This document shows positions 48,505 through 57,763 of a DNA stretch of 64,000 bases, piece after piece. The notes beneath the pieces are model-generated. The model was not told the origin of the DNA and searched no databases. It saw nothing but the letters and a program-made list of their open reading frames with translations. Each line of letters begins with the position of its first letter. Position 1 is the stretch's first letter. A program made the position numbers and the translations under genes. Origin of the DNA: an uncultured Actinomycetes bacterium (GTDB taxonomy: Bacteria; Actinomycetota; UBA4738; HRBIN12); NCBI GenBank assembly GCA_963749895.1, contig CAVVOG010000002.1:94511-158510 (forward strand), in the 5' to 3' direction.

Positions 48505-50583
48505 CTACGGACACGGTGGAGCCAGCACGCCGCACAGCACCTGGTCCTCGTCTTCGGCCACGGCGGCGATGAGGTCTGCCCTCGGTGTGAACTTGAGCCC
48601 CCCACCCGGTGAGAACGACGGGACGTTCGCGCCGGTGACCGACCGACGGTAGGACACGCAGACCCTGCCGAGCGGGAGTTGCTGCGTCCCAGCTGTGGGA
48701 GCAGGACAGGAGTCGGTGAGGGTCACGGTCACGGCCTCGGTTCCCTGGATGCCGAGGCTGAAGACGGCCCGTCCGCGGACGGTCTCGGCCGTCACCACGC
48801 CCCACCCATAGGGCAGATCACCGACGCACGGCAGTCGCGTGGCCTCCGGTACCGCCTGCGCCATCAGCTGCATCGCCTGCCCCGTCCCGCACCCCGGCGC
48901 GGTCACGGTGCCTCGTGTGGGGAAGAACAGCCCCACGGCCATCAGCCCGGTGAGCAGGGCGAGCACCAGGTATCCGATCATCATCACGACCCGTCGGATG
49001 CTCCAGCGCTGGATCGAGATCGGCCGGCGTCCCGGGGCCATCGAACGGAACTCGGCCAGGAGGTCTCGGCCGTCCTGCTTCACGTGCTGGCGCAGCTGCG
49101 TCGGGCTCGCGACCCCCCGCGTCGCCGCGAAGGCCTCCGCCAGCTCGTCGGGGCTGAAGTAGCGGAGCGCAGCCTGGTACACGGTCGGCGCGTCCGACCG
49201 GAGCGCCAGGACGAGCATCATGTTCCCGAGGTCCACGGCCTGCCGCCACGGAGAAGGCCGGACCTGCACGAAGAACACGTCGATCAGCTTCAGCTCGCTG
49301 CCCCGCACCATCAGGTTCGCCGGCTTGATGTCGCGGTGGGCGAGCCCCACGTCCCACATCTGCCGGATCAGCGCGAGTCCCTGGTCGATCAGGTGCTCGT
49401 CCACCTGGGCGTCCCCGATCTCGACGGCCTCGTCGAAGAACTCCATCGCGATCAGGTACTCGCGTTCCGGCGTGATCTCGGCGATGCCGAGCGGCGCCGG
49501 GGTCGGGAACCCGTACTCACCCAGCATCCGCAGGGTGTAGTCCTCGTACTCGACGAACCGACGGACGGTCTGGAACGGCGTCTCGTCCTCGAGGCGCCCG
49601 TAGAGCATCGTGCGGCCAAGCTTGTACCAGCGGTCGGCGCGGACGTGGCTCTTCGCGTAGAGCTTCGCGAAGATCGCCCGCCGGTGTCCGTCCTCGTCCG
49701 TCACGGTGAGCTTCAGAGGGGTCGAGCCACCGGAGCCCTCGAGCCCGACCGGCTTCAGGTCGTGCACCGTGAACCCGAGCTGGTCCTGGAGCGCGGCACG
49801 GATCGCCTCGCCCCGTCGGCCGCCGACGTCGAGGTGCGCGGCCTTACCGCGCGCCCCGTAGCGGACCGGGAAGACGTCGTTCGGGGCGAACGCCCGGAAG
49901 GCGGCGAGCGGGATCGCGACGCCGACGATCGCACCGAACGCCACATCGGTGAAGTGGTCCACCCCGAGGTAGATCCGCAGGACCCCGGTGACGACGATCG
50001 CACCGGTCGCGGCGAGCTTCGCCCACCAGCGTGGTCGGCCTGGAACGACGAGCATGTAGGCGACGCCGATCGCGAGGATCGCGGTCGCACCGCTCGGGAT
50101 CGACGGGGTCGCGTAGCCCTCCCATGCCGCCAGCTGGTGGACGCCGAACGGTCGCGGCCGCAGCGCGACGAGCTCGAGTCCCTGCAGGAGGGCGCCGGCG
50201 AACCCGAGCGAGACCATCCAGATCACGAGATGCCGCCATCGGCGGAACCACGCGGTCGCGACGACGAGCAGCACCCCCAGCGCCGCGAACCCGACCCGCG
50301 ATCCCAGCGTGTGGGTCTTGCGGGCGACCGCGTCGAGCCACCCCGTTCGGAGCCGGATCACGCCCTCGGTGATCCGCGCGTCGAACCGGTCCAGCGGCGA
50401 GGAGTCGATCCGCAGCCACACGCACCCGGTGACGACCACGGCCAGCAGGAGGATCACCCAGATCCAGCCCGTGTACCCGATCTGCTTGGGCAGCGGTGGG
50501 GGGGCGCCCGTCGGCCGACGACGACGGCGCGTGGAGACCACCGCGTCGGCCGACGGGCGTACCACCTCGTCACGCTGGTCCAT
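48505..50583 (-). CDS. PAP2-like + protein-kinase-like + extracellular Cys-rich domain fusion
   Basis: LRPRP, TPSIP, LRIYLGVDHFTD; GLEGSGGS, FAKLY, HRDIKPAN, IDVFF; TM followed by AQAVPEATRLPC. Confidence 0.88.
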   Translation of the reverse strand: MDQRDEVVRPSADAVVSTRRRRRPTGAPPPLPKQIGYTGWIWVILLLAVVVTGCVWLRIDSSPLDRFDARITEGVIRLRTGWLDAVARKTHTLGSRVGFAALGVLLVVATAWFRRWRHLVIWMVSLGFAGALLQGLELVALRPRPFGVHQLAAWEGYATPSIPSGATAILAIGVAYMLVVPGRPRWWAKLAATGAIVVTGVLRIYLGVDHFTDVAFGAIVGVAIPLAAFRAFAPNDVFPVRYGARGKAAHLDVGGRRGEAIRAALQDQLGFTVHDLKPVGLEGSGGSTPLKLTVTDEDGHRRAIFAKLYAKSHVRADRWYKLGRTMLYGRLEDETPFQTVRRFVEYEDYTLRMLGEYGFPTPAPLGIAEITPEREYLIAMEFFDEAVEIGDAQVDEHLIDQGLALIRQMWDVGLAHRDIKPANLMVRGSELKLIDVFFVQVRPSPWRQAVDLGNMMLVLALRSDAPTVYQAALRYFSPDELAEAFAATRGVASPTQLRQHVKQDGRDLLAEFRSMAPGRRPISIQRWSIRRVVMMIGYLVLALLTGLMAVGLFFPTRGTVTAPGCGTGQAMQLMAQAVPEATRLPCVGDLPYGWGVVTAETVRGRAVFSLGIQGTEAVTVTLTDSCPAPTAGTQQLPLGRVCVSYRRSVTGANVPSFSPGGGLKFTPRADLIAAVAEDEDQVLCGVLAPPCP

Positions 50584-50782
50584 CGAACCTCCTCCGCAGG
50601 GATCCTCGCACGATCGGATCGCCGCGAGGAACCTCTACGACTCGGATCGCAGACATCACCTCACGCGGTTCGATCCCACGCCCGGCACGTAGCCACGCAC
50701 CCAGGCTCCCGGGGACTCACGGGTTGCGCACCACGTCGCCTGCTGTCAGGCTCGGCGCCCGGACCATCGAACAGGGGGGTCG

Positions 50783-51640
50783 ATGGATCGCACCGCCGCG
50801 TCGACACGTTCCACGCACCCGACCAGCGCGCTCGAGGAACCGCCGCCGTTCCACACGCTCCTCGGGCTGGCTCGCTACCTGACCGTCTGCGGGCTCGCCG
50901 GGGTCGCCGCCGGCATCCTGGTGGGCGGCGTCGGCGGGCGCCTGTTCATGCGCATCGCCGGAGCGGCCGGGGGTGAGCGGGCGCGGGGGGCGACCACCGA
51001 GGCGGGGTTCACGGTCGGCGAGATCACGTTCGGGGGGTCGCTCGGGCTCGTCATCTTCATCGGGCTGTTCACCGGCATCGCCGGAGCCGCGTTCTACGTG
51101 ATCTTCCGGCCATGGCTCTCGTGGGCGGGACGATGGCGCGGGGTCGCGTTCGGGATCGTCCTGTTCGCGCTGGGAAGCGCGACGTCCGACATGCTGAACC
51201 CGGACAACGTCGACTTCGTGATCCTCGGGAGCGAGGTGCTCGTGATCGCGCTGATCGTGGCGCTGTTCGTCGCGTTCGGCGCCCTGGTCGATCCCGCGTT
51301 CGGCTGGCTCGACCGACGCCTGCCCGGCGGTGGGCGGGGGCACCCGATCGCCTCGGGTGGGTACGTGGTGGCCGCGATCCTCGGGGTCGCGTTCGGGATC
51401 GCCCTGCTGGGTCAGACGATGTTCACCCGCAGCGCGTGCGATTGCGATCCGCCGATCGTCGCGTCGGTCTTCATGCTCATGGCCGCGGTGGGAACCCTCG
51501 GCTGGATCGCGACGGCCTTCTCCTCTTCAGCGCGGCTCCGCTCGACCGCGCGGCTCCTGGGTCTCGTGGGGGTGAGCGGGGCGGCCGTCGCCGGACTGCT
51601 GCGGGCGATCGGCGACGCGGCCGAGGTGATCCGGGGGTGA
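50783..51640 (+). CDS. Multi-TM membrane protein, function unknown
   Basis: About 7 TM; GGVGGRLFMR..TTEAGFTVGEIT; CDC loop. Confidence 0.8.
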   Translation: MDRTAASTRSTHPTSALEEPPPFHTLLGLARYLTVCGLAGVAAGILVGGVGGRLFMRIAGAAGGERARGATTEAGFTVGEITFGGSLGLVIFIGLFTGIAGAAFYVIFRPWLSWAGRWRGVAFGIVLFALGSATSDMLNPDNVDFVILGSEVLVIALIVALFVAFGALVDPAFGWLDRRLPGGGRGHPIASGGYVVAAILGVAFGIALLGQTMFTRSACDCDPPIVASVFMLMAAVGTLGWIATAFSSSARLRSTARLLGLVGVSGAAVAGLLRAIGDAAEVIRG

Positions 51641-51737
51641 CCCCCGTCAGGGTCCCGCGATGGTTGGGACCTCCGGCCTCAGGTCCGTCGAGCACCCCCC
51701 GTAGGGTGATGCCACCGGTTCCGGTGAGAGGTGGACG

Positions 51738-52274
51738 ATGCTCGACACACCGGGGCACGGGGGGGAGGACGGCGGCGCCGTGGACGAGGGGTCCACGGAC
51801 GATCGTGGGACGACGCGCTTCCGCCGTGCGCTCCCGTGGGTCCTGTCCGTCACCCTGGGGATGCTGCTGGGGTCGTCGCTGTTCGTCCTGAGCTACGCGG
51901 AGGGCCTCTCGTACTTCAGCAACGACCCGGCGGCCTGCGCGAACTGCCACGTGATGCAGCCGCTCTACGACACGTGGCAGCGCTCGCCGCACGTGAACGT
52001 CGCGGGGTGCAACGACTGCCACACGCCCCACACCTTCGTCCGCAAGTACCTGTCGAAGGCCCGCAACGGCTGGAACCACTCGGTCGCCTTCACCCTGCAG
52101 AACTTCGACGAGCCGATCCAGATCAAGCCCTTCAACGCGGTGGTGCTGGAGGAGAACTGCCGGGACTGCCACGAGGACCTCGTGAACCAGATCACCGGCC
52201 ACTACGGGTCCGAAGACGACGGACCCGAGTGCGTCCGGTGCCACAGCGACGTCGGCCACACCACATCCCGATGA
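51738..52274 (+). CDS. nrfH: Tetraheme cytochrome c quinol dehydrogenase NrfH
   Basis: TM anchor; CANCH, CNDCH, CRDCH, CVRCH; SNDPAAC. Confidence 0.93.
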   Translation: MLDTPGHGGEDGGAVDEGSTDDRGTTRFRRALPWVLSVTLGMLLGSSLFVLSYAEGLSYFSNDPAACANCHVMQPLYDTWQRSPHVNVAGCNDCHTPHTFVRKYLSKARNGWNHSVAFTLQNFDEPIQIKPFNAVVLEENCRDCHEDLVNQITGHYGSEDDGPECVRCHSDVGHTTSR

Positions 52275-52293
52275 CGATCAGGAGGAACGAACG

Positions 52294-53721
52294 ATGAAGC
52301 GCACGCCCTTGTACGTCGGCACGATCGTGGTCGTCGCGCTCGTGACCGCCGGCGTGATGCTCCTCGGCCAGAACGTGATGGAGCGCCGGGCCGAGGGTGA
52401 ACGCGCGGTCTTCAACGTCGTCGACCTCGACGAGACCGTGGCCGATCCCGAGGTCTGGGGCGAGAACTTCCCACGGCAGTTCGACGGGTACGAACGCACG
52501 GTCGACACCGAGCGCACGACCTTCGGCGGCAGCGAGGCCTTCGACAAGCTCGAGGCCGACCCGAACCTGAAGACGATCTTCGCCGGCTACGGGTTCGCGC
52601 TGGAGTTCAACGAGGAGCGCGGCCACATCTACACGCTGTTCGACCAGGAGGAGTCGGCGCGGGTGACCGAACTCGACCAGCCCGGGTCGTGCCTGCAGTG
52701 CCACGCCTCGAACACGATCGCGTACTACGACGCCGGCGTCGAGGCCGGCGCCGAAGCCGTGACCCCCGACGTGGGGTTCGACGACCCGCGCCGGGTCGAG
52801 GCCGTGCTGAGGGGCTTCGAGATCGTGAACTCGCTCCCCTACGAGGAGGCGAACGCGCTGGTCGAGCACCCGGTGTCGTGCATCGACTGCCACGACCCCC
52901 AGACGATGGACCTGCGGGTGACGAAGCCCGGGTTCCTGCTCGGGGTCCGCGAGCTCGCGGACTCCGACGAGCCGCTGGCCCATCTGCCGAGCATCGAGGA
53001 GTGGCGCGAGGGCGACCGCGCCGAGCCGTACGACCCGAACGCCCTCGCCTCGCGGCAGGAGATGCGCACGATGGTCTGCGGGCAGTGCCACGTGGAGTAC
53101 TACTTCAAGGGCGAGACGAAGCAGCTGACGTACCCCTGGAACGACGGCATCAACGCGAACGACATCCTCGGCTACTACGACGAGGAGGGCTTCTCGGACT
53201 GGGAGCACGCGATCAGCGGCGCCGGCGTCCTGAAGGCGCAGCACCCCGAGTTCGAGCTCTGGAACACCGGGATCCACGCCCGTTCGGGCGTGGCGTGCGC
53301 CGACTGCCACATGCCGTACCGGCGTGAGGGCGCGTTGAAGATCAGCGACCACCAGGTGCGCAGCCCGCTGCTCGACGCCTCGGCGTCGTGCGGCACGTGC
53401 CACCCCTATGCGGAGAGCGAGCTGGTGGCGCGCGCCGAGACGGTCCAGGCCCGCACGCGCGAGATGCTGCTGCTCGCCGAGAACGCGACCGTCGACCTGA
53501 TCGAACGGATCGCGGCGGCGAAGGAGGCGGGGGCGACCGACGCGCAGCTCGCTGAGGCACGGGGCTTCCAGCGCACGGCGCAGTGGTACACGGACTTCGT
53601 GAACGCGGAGAACTCGATGGGCTTCCACTCGCCGCAGGAGGCGGCCCGGCTGCTCGCGTTGGCCCTGGATGCCGCACGCGAGGGGTCCATCTCGGTGGCC
53701 GAGGTGACCGCCAAGCTCTGA
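52294..53721 (+). CDS. nrfA: Pentaheme ammonia-forming nitrite reductase NrfA (CXXCH heme-1 variant)
   Basis: ERGH, CLQCH, CIDCH, CGQCHVEYYF, KAQHPEFE, CADCH, CGTCH, ENSMGFH. Confidence 0.93.
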   Translation: MKRTPLYVGTIVVVALVTAGVMLLGQNVMERRAEGERAVFNVVDLDETVADPEVWGENFPRQFDGYERTVDTERTTFGGSEAFDKLEADPNLKTIFAGYGFALEFNEERGHIYTLFDQEESARVTELDQPGSCLQCHASNTIAYYDAGVEAGAEAVTPDVGFDDPRRVEAVLRGFEIVNSLPYEEANALVEHPVSCIDCHDPQTMDLRVTKPGFLLGVRELADSDEPLAHLPSIEEWREGDRAEPYDPNALASRQEMRTMVCGQCHVEYYFKGETKQLTYPWNDGINANDILGYYDEEGFSDWEHAISGAGVLKAQHPEFELWNTGIHARSGVACADCHMPYRREGALKISDHQVRSPLLDASASCGTCHPYAESELVARAETVQARTREMLLLAENATVDLIERIAAAKEAGATDAQLAEARGFQRTAQWYTDFVNAENSMGFHSPQEAARLLALALDAAREGSISVAEVTAKL

Positions 53722-53871
53722 ACCCGGGTTCAGGGCTCGGTCCCGACGAACGGCCTAGGCCGTTGCTCCCTTCCGCCATAGGCCAACGAGCCGGTACCCT
53801 GATGTCCTGAGGAAGGACCCCCTGCGGGGCTCGTGGCGCCCCCGCCTTCCTCCGTGGGAGGACCCGCTCGG

Positions 53872-55092
53872 ATGTCCCGACGTCTATCGACCGCTGCCGT
53901 CGTCGCACTGGCTTCACTCTCCATGTCGCTGATGGGCGCCTCACCGGCGTTCGCCGTGGGAACGACACCCGTCCCTTCGTGGATGACGGACGGGCGGCTC
54001 TACGCCTCGCTCACGGACGGCGACCGGATCTACGTCGGAGGTGAGTTCACGCAACTCAGGTCTGCTCCCCTCGGGACCCCCGGCTCGGCGATCTCCGTCA
54101 GCAACCTCGGAGCGATCGACCTCTCGACCGGGGAAGGGGTCCCCGGGTTCACCCCCGCCGTGACGCACGCGACCTATGCCCCCTTCGTCCGCGCCATGGT
54201 GCTGTCGCCCGACGGCTCGCGGCTGTACATCGGAGGACGCTTCGACGCGGTCGATGGCGTGAAGCGGCGGAACGTGGCGGCGATCGACACCTCGGATGGC
54301 TCGGTCATCGCGAGCTTCAAGCCCAGGGTCGGGAGCCTCAAGAACCAGGTGTTCTCGCTGCTCCTGTCGCCGGACGGCTCGACCCTGTACATCGGGGGCA
54401 AGTTCGGCAAGGTGACCGGCGTGGTGCACAAGAACATCGCCGCCGTCAGCACCGCCAACGGGTCGCTGCTCGACTGGACGTCGACCCCGAACAACAGCGT
54501 CCGGTCGATGGACTTCTCATCCGACGGCGACACGATCTTCATGGTCGGGGCGTTCAGCGCGGTCGACGGTCAGGCCAGGGAATCGATCGCCCGGATCAAC
54601 ACGGCGACCGGAGCGCTGCACGCGTGGTTCGTGCCCGGGTCCTTGATCTCCGGTCCCCCGATGACCGGGTGGTCCGTCGACGCGACCGCCACCACCGTGT
54701 ACGGGGGGTTCGGTCGAGGCCCGAACTGGTTCGGTGCCTACCGGGTCTCCGACGGGTCCCAGGTCTTCCGTCGGAGCACCGTCGGCAACGTGCAGAAGGT
54801 GATGATGTCGCCGGACGGCACCCAGTTGTTCGTGGGAGGACACTTCGGAACGGGCCGCCTCACCCAGACGTTCACCGAATGCGGCAGCACGCCGTTCCGT
54901 GGGCTGCTGATCGCGAGTCCCGTGAACGGAACGGTGTCGTGCTCGTGGATCCCGCAACTCGAGCCCTACGGGAGCAACTACGAGGGGGTCTGGGACTTCA
55001 CGCTGACCGCCGAGCATCTGTGGTTCGTGGGGAACTTCACGCACGTGGGCGGCGTCGCCCAGGCGAACGTCGCTCGCCTCCCCCTCACGTAG
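53872..55092 (+). CDS. Secreted beta-propeller repeat protein
   Basis: Signal peptide AFA; repeats IYVGGEF, SPDGSRLYIGGRF, SPDGSTLYIGGKF. Confidence 0.8.
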   Translation: MSRRLSTAAVVALASLSMSLMGASPAFAVGTTPVPSWMTDGRLYASLTDGDRIYVGGEFTQLRSAPLGTPGSAISVSNLGAIDLSTGEGVPGFTPAVTHATYAPFVRAMVLSPDGSRLYIGGRFDAVDGVKRRNVAAIDTSDGSVIASFKPRVGSLKNQVFSLLLSPDGSTLYIGGKFGKVTGVVHKNIAAVSTANGSLLDWTSTPNNSVRSMDFSSDGDTIFMVGAFSAVDGQARESIARINTATGALHAWFVPGSLISGPPMTGWSVDATATTVYGGFGRGPNWFGAYRVSDGSQVFRRSTVGNVQKVMMSPDGTQLFVGGHFGTGRLTQTFTECGSTPFRGLLIASPVNGTVSCSWIPQLEPYGSNYEGVWDFTLTAEHLWFVGNFTHVGGVAQANVARLPLT

Positions 55093-55127
55093 TCCGAGAT
55101 CCACGCCGCCCCGTAGGCTGACGGCCC

Positions 55128-55679
55128 ATGGGCCGGTACGTGGCGCTGCTGCGCGGGATCAACGTGGGCGGCAGGAACCCGATCCGCATGGTGGAGCTGA
55201 AGGCGTGCTTCGCGCGGCACGGGTTCGCCGACGTGACCACGTACATCCAGAGCGGCAACGTCGTGTTCTCGGCTCGCGGGCCGGCCGCCGCGCTCACCGA
55301 GCGGATCGAGACGATGCTGGCGGCCGAGTTCGACTACGACGCGAGCGTGGTGCTCCGCAGCCGTACCCAGATGAAGGCGGTCGTCGAGGGCGCCCCGGCA
55401 GGCTTCGGCCACGATCCGGCCACGTACCGGTCCGACGTGATCTTCCTGAAGCGACCGCTCACCGAGACCACGGCGCTGGCGGAGGTCTCGACGCGGGAGG
55501 GCGTGGATCGCGCGTGGGCTGGCCCGGGGGTCCTGTACTTCGAACGCGTCGCCGCCAGGGCGTCCCAGAGCCGCCTGTCGAAGATCGTGTCGTCACCGAT
55601 CTACGCGCGCGTCACGATCCGCAACTGGAACACGACGACGACGCTGCTCCGACTGATGGAGACGGCCCCGCAGCCCTGA
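55128..55679 (+). CDS. DUF1697 family protein
   Basis: YVALLRGINVGG, TYIQSGNVVF, TIRNWNT. Confidence 0.92.
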   Translation: MGRYVALLRGINVGGRNPIRMVELKACFARHGFADVTTYIQSGNVVFSARGPAAALTERIETMLAAEFDYDASVVLRSRTQMKAVVEGAPAGFGHDPATYRSDVIFLKRPLTETTALAEVSTREGVDRAWAGPGVLYFERVAARASQSRLSKIVSSPIYARVTIRNWNTTTTLLRLMETAPQP

Positions 55680-55697
55680 GCGGTCGGGTGTCCGGTG

Positions 55698-56393
55698 TCA
55701 GGATGCCTCGCCACCGGATGCCTCGCCACCGGATGCCTCTTCGCTGAGTCGAATTGGATCGAGCAGCACGACTCCCTCTTCGGACCGCTCGACGAGCCCC
55801 TCGTCCTTGAGCTGGAGGAGGGTCCGCCCGACCACCTCACGCACCGACCCCACGGCGTCGGCCAGCTCCTGCTGGCTCACCGGCGCGACCAGCCGGCGCG
55901 ACCGGCCCGGCGATGCCAGGTCGAGGAGCTGGCGCGCCACCCGCTGTCGGACCGTCAGGAAGGCGTGCTGTGAGATGTCGTCGAACGCCTGATGCAGCTG
56001 ACGTGTGAGCTCCTCCGCGCACGCCTTCGCGACGTCGGGGTCGGACGCGATCAAGGAGCGAACCGTCTCGACCTCGAAGGCGACCACGGCGGAGGTCGTC
56101 ATCGCCTGGACGTTGGTGGGTGCAGGCCCGCTCAGCACCAGGACCAGACCGACGATGTCGCCGCGACGTGCGTACCGCACCGTGACCTGCCGGCCCTCCC
56201 CAGAGGTCAGGAAGACTCGAAGCAAGCCGTCCACGACGACGAGGACGCTCGGCGATCCCCCGTCCCGATACACGACCGACCCGGCCGGCACCTGGATGCG
56301 GATCGCGTCGGCCAGGAGACGCTCGACCGCCTCACGCGGGAGGGAGCGCAAGAAGCCCTCGTGCAACGTGCCGTGGAGGGGCCCGTCGAGCAC
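55698..56393 (-). CDS. Crp/Fnr family transcriptional regulator
   Basis: cNMP fold GLLRVFLTSGEGRQVT; HTH SQQELADAVGSVREVVGRTL; RBS GGAGGTG. Confidence 0.92.
   Translation of the reverse strand: MLDGPLHGTLHEGFLRSLPREAVERLLADAIRIQVPAGSVVYRDGGSPSVLVVVDGLLRVFLTSGEGRQVTVRYARRGDIVGLVLVLSGPAPTNVQAMTTSAVVAFEVETVRSLIASDPDVAKACAEELTRQLHQAFDDISQHAFLTVRQRVARQLLDLASPGRSRRLVAPVSQQELADAVGSVREVVGRTLLQLKDEGLVERSEEGVVLLDPIRLSEEASGGEASGGEAS
55701..55739. repeat. 15-bp tandem repeat, about 2.6 copies, at the Crp C-terminus
   Basis: GGATGCCTCGCCACC x2 plus GGATGCCTC; encodes EASGG repeats. Confidence 0.85.
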
Positions 56394-56442
56394 AGCATCA
56401 CCTCCGCCCTCTGATAACGAGCTTACCGACGCCCCGGATCTC

Positions 56443-56460
56443 GTGTGACTTCGGTCACAC
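56443..56460. promoter_or_regulatory. Consensus CRP-family box
   Basis: GTGTGACTTCGGTCACAC, i.e. TGTGA-N6-TCACA, between crp and the divergent gene. Confidence 0.85.
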
Positions 56461-56554
56461 CAGCGGGTGCGCGAGGTCACTGACACGACCGCGCGATGAG
56501 GTCACCCTGGTGATGTCGGATCCGACGCACGACGGGCGACGAGAGGAGGACGTC

Positions 56555-56755
56555 ATGAGGACGATCGAGTACCGGATCGAGGAACTGCCGCACGCCGAGG
56601 GCGACGTCCGCATCAAGGAACTCGTGGAGCGGCTGAGTGATCTGGGCGCCGAGGGGTGGGAGGTCGCGAGCGTCGACCTCACTGCACACCCCGGATACGT
56701 GGCGGGGCCGCTGCAGGTCCTGCTGCAGCGAACGGTGGAGGCCGAGAGGCCCTGA
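56555..56755 (+). CDS. Small DUF4177-like protein
   Basis: IEYRI..LSDLGAEGWEVASV..LLQR; GAGGAGG RBS. Confidence 0.8.
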   Translation: MRTIEYRIEELPHAEGDVRIKELVERLSDLGAEGWEVASVDLTAHPGYVAGPLQVLLQRTVEAERP

Positions 56756-56805
56756 CGGCTGGTCGCGGGAGGGGAAGCCTGCCCCGTCGCGGGGGTGGGC
56801 ACGGA

Positions 56806-56837
56806 CGAGGGGCCGCCCCGGAAGGGGCGGCCCCTCG
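56806..56837 (+). terminator. 14-bp hairpin with GGAA tetraloop
   Basis: CGAGGGGCCGCCCC-GGAA-GGGGCGGCCCCTCG. Confidence 0.6.
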
Positions 56838-56882
56838 GCATCTGGGCAGGACCGCGATCGCGGTGCGCCCTATGCTGCCGCG

Positions 56883-57677
56883 ATGACCGGGAACACGGAC
56901 TGGCCCCACGGCGCCCGGTGTGCCGTGGCCTTCACGTTCGACTTCGACGCAGAGGAGGGGTGGATCGCCGACGATCCCGCGAACGCCGACCGGCCCGGGG
57001 TCCTCTCGCAGGGCGCCTACGCCGCAAAGGTCGCGATCCCCGAGATCTTGGCACTCCTCGAACGGGCCGGCGTCCGAGCGACCTTCTTCGTGCCCGGACG
57101 GGTCGCCGAGCGACACGGGGAGCGCGTCGCGGAGATCATCGCCGCCGGTCACGAGCTGGGGCACCATGGGTACACCCACACGTCGCCGACGGAGCTGAGC
57201 CGCGACCAGGAGGAGGCCGAGCTCGCGAAGGGCCTCGAGGTCCTGCGGGGGTTCGGCGCCGAGGTGACCGGCTATCGCTCCCCCGCATGGGAGTTCAGCC
57301 CGAACACGCTCCGACTCCTGGAGGCTCACGGGTTCGCGTACTCCTCGAACCTGATGGACGACGTGCGCCCCTACCGGCACGAGAACTCGTCCGTGGTCGA
57401 GGTCCCCGTCCAGTGGATCTTGGACGACGCGCCGCACTTCTGGTTCGGCGTCGACGACTGGGGCAAGACGATCGCGACGACCGCGCACGTCCGTGCGCTG
57501 TGGGAGGAGGAGTTCCTGGGGATCCGCCGGATAGGGGGTGCGTGCGTGTTCACGATGCACCCGCAGGTGATCGGTCGGCCGAGCCGCCTCGCCTTCCTCG
57601 AGGACTTCATCGGGTTCGTGACCGACCACGACGACGTCTGGGTGGCGGCCACCGCCGAGATCGCCTCCCGCGTCTGA
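56883..57677 (+). CDS. Polysaccharide deacetylase (CE4/PuuE-like)
   Basis: TFDFD, ATFFVPG, HELGHHGYTH, GYRSP, TMHPQVIGR. Confidence 0.92.
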   Translation: MTGNTDWPHGARCAVAFTFDFDAEEGWIADDPANADRPGVLSQGAYAAKVAIPEILALLERAGVRATFFVPGRVAERHGERVAEIIAAGHELGHHGYTHTSPTELSRDQEEAELAKGLEVLRGFGAEVTGYRSPAWEFSPNTLRLLEAHGFAYSSNLMDDVRPYRHENSSVVEVPVQWILDDAPHFWFGVDDWGKTIATTAHVRALWEEEFLGIRRIGGACVFTMHPQVIGRPSRLAFLEDFIGFVTDHDDVWVAATAEIASRV

Positions 57678-57763
57678 CGCACGCGACACCGGTCCTCGAC
57701 CCGGGTGCACCGGTGCCGTAGGCTCCGGTCCTGCCCGCGGACCGACACGAGGGGGATCGATAC

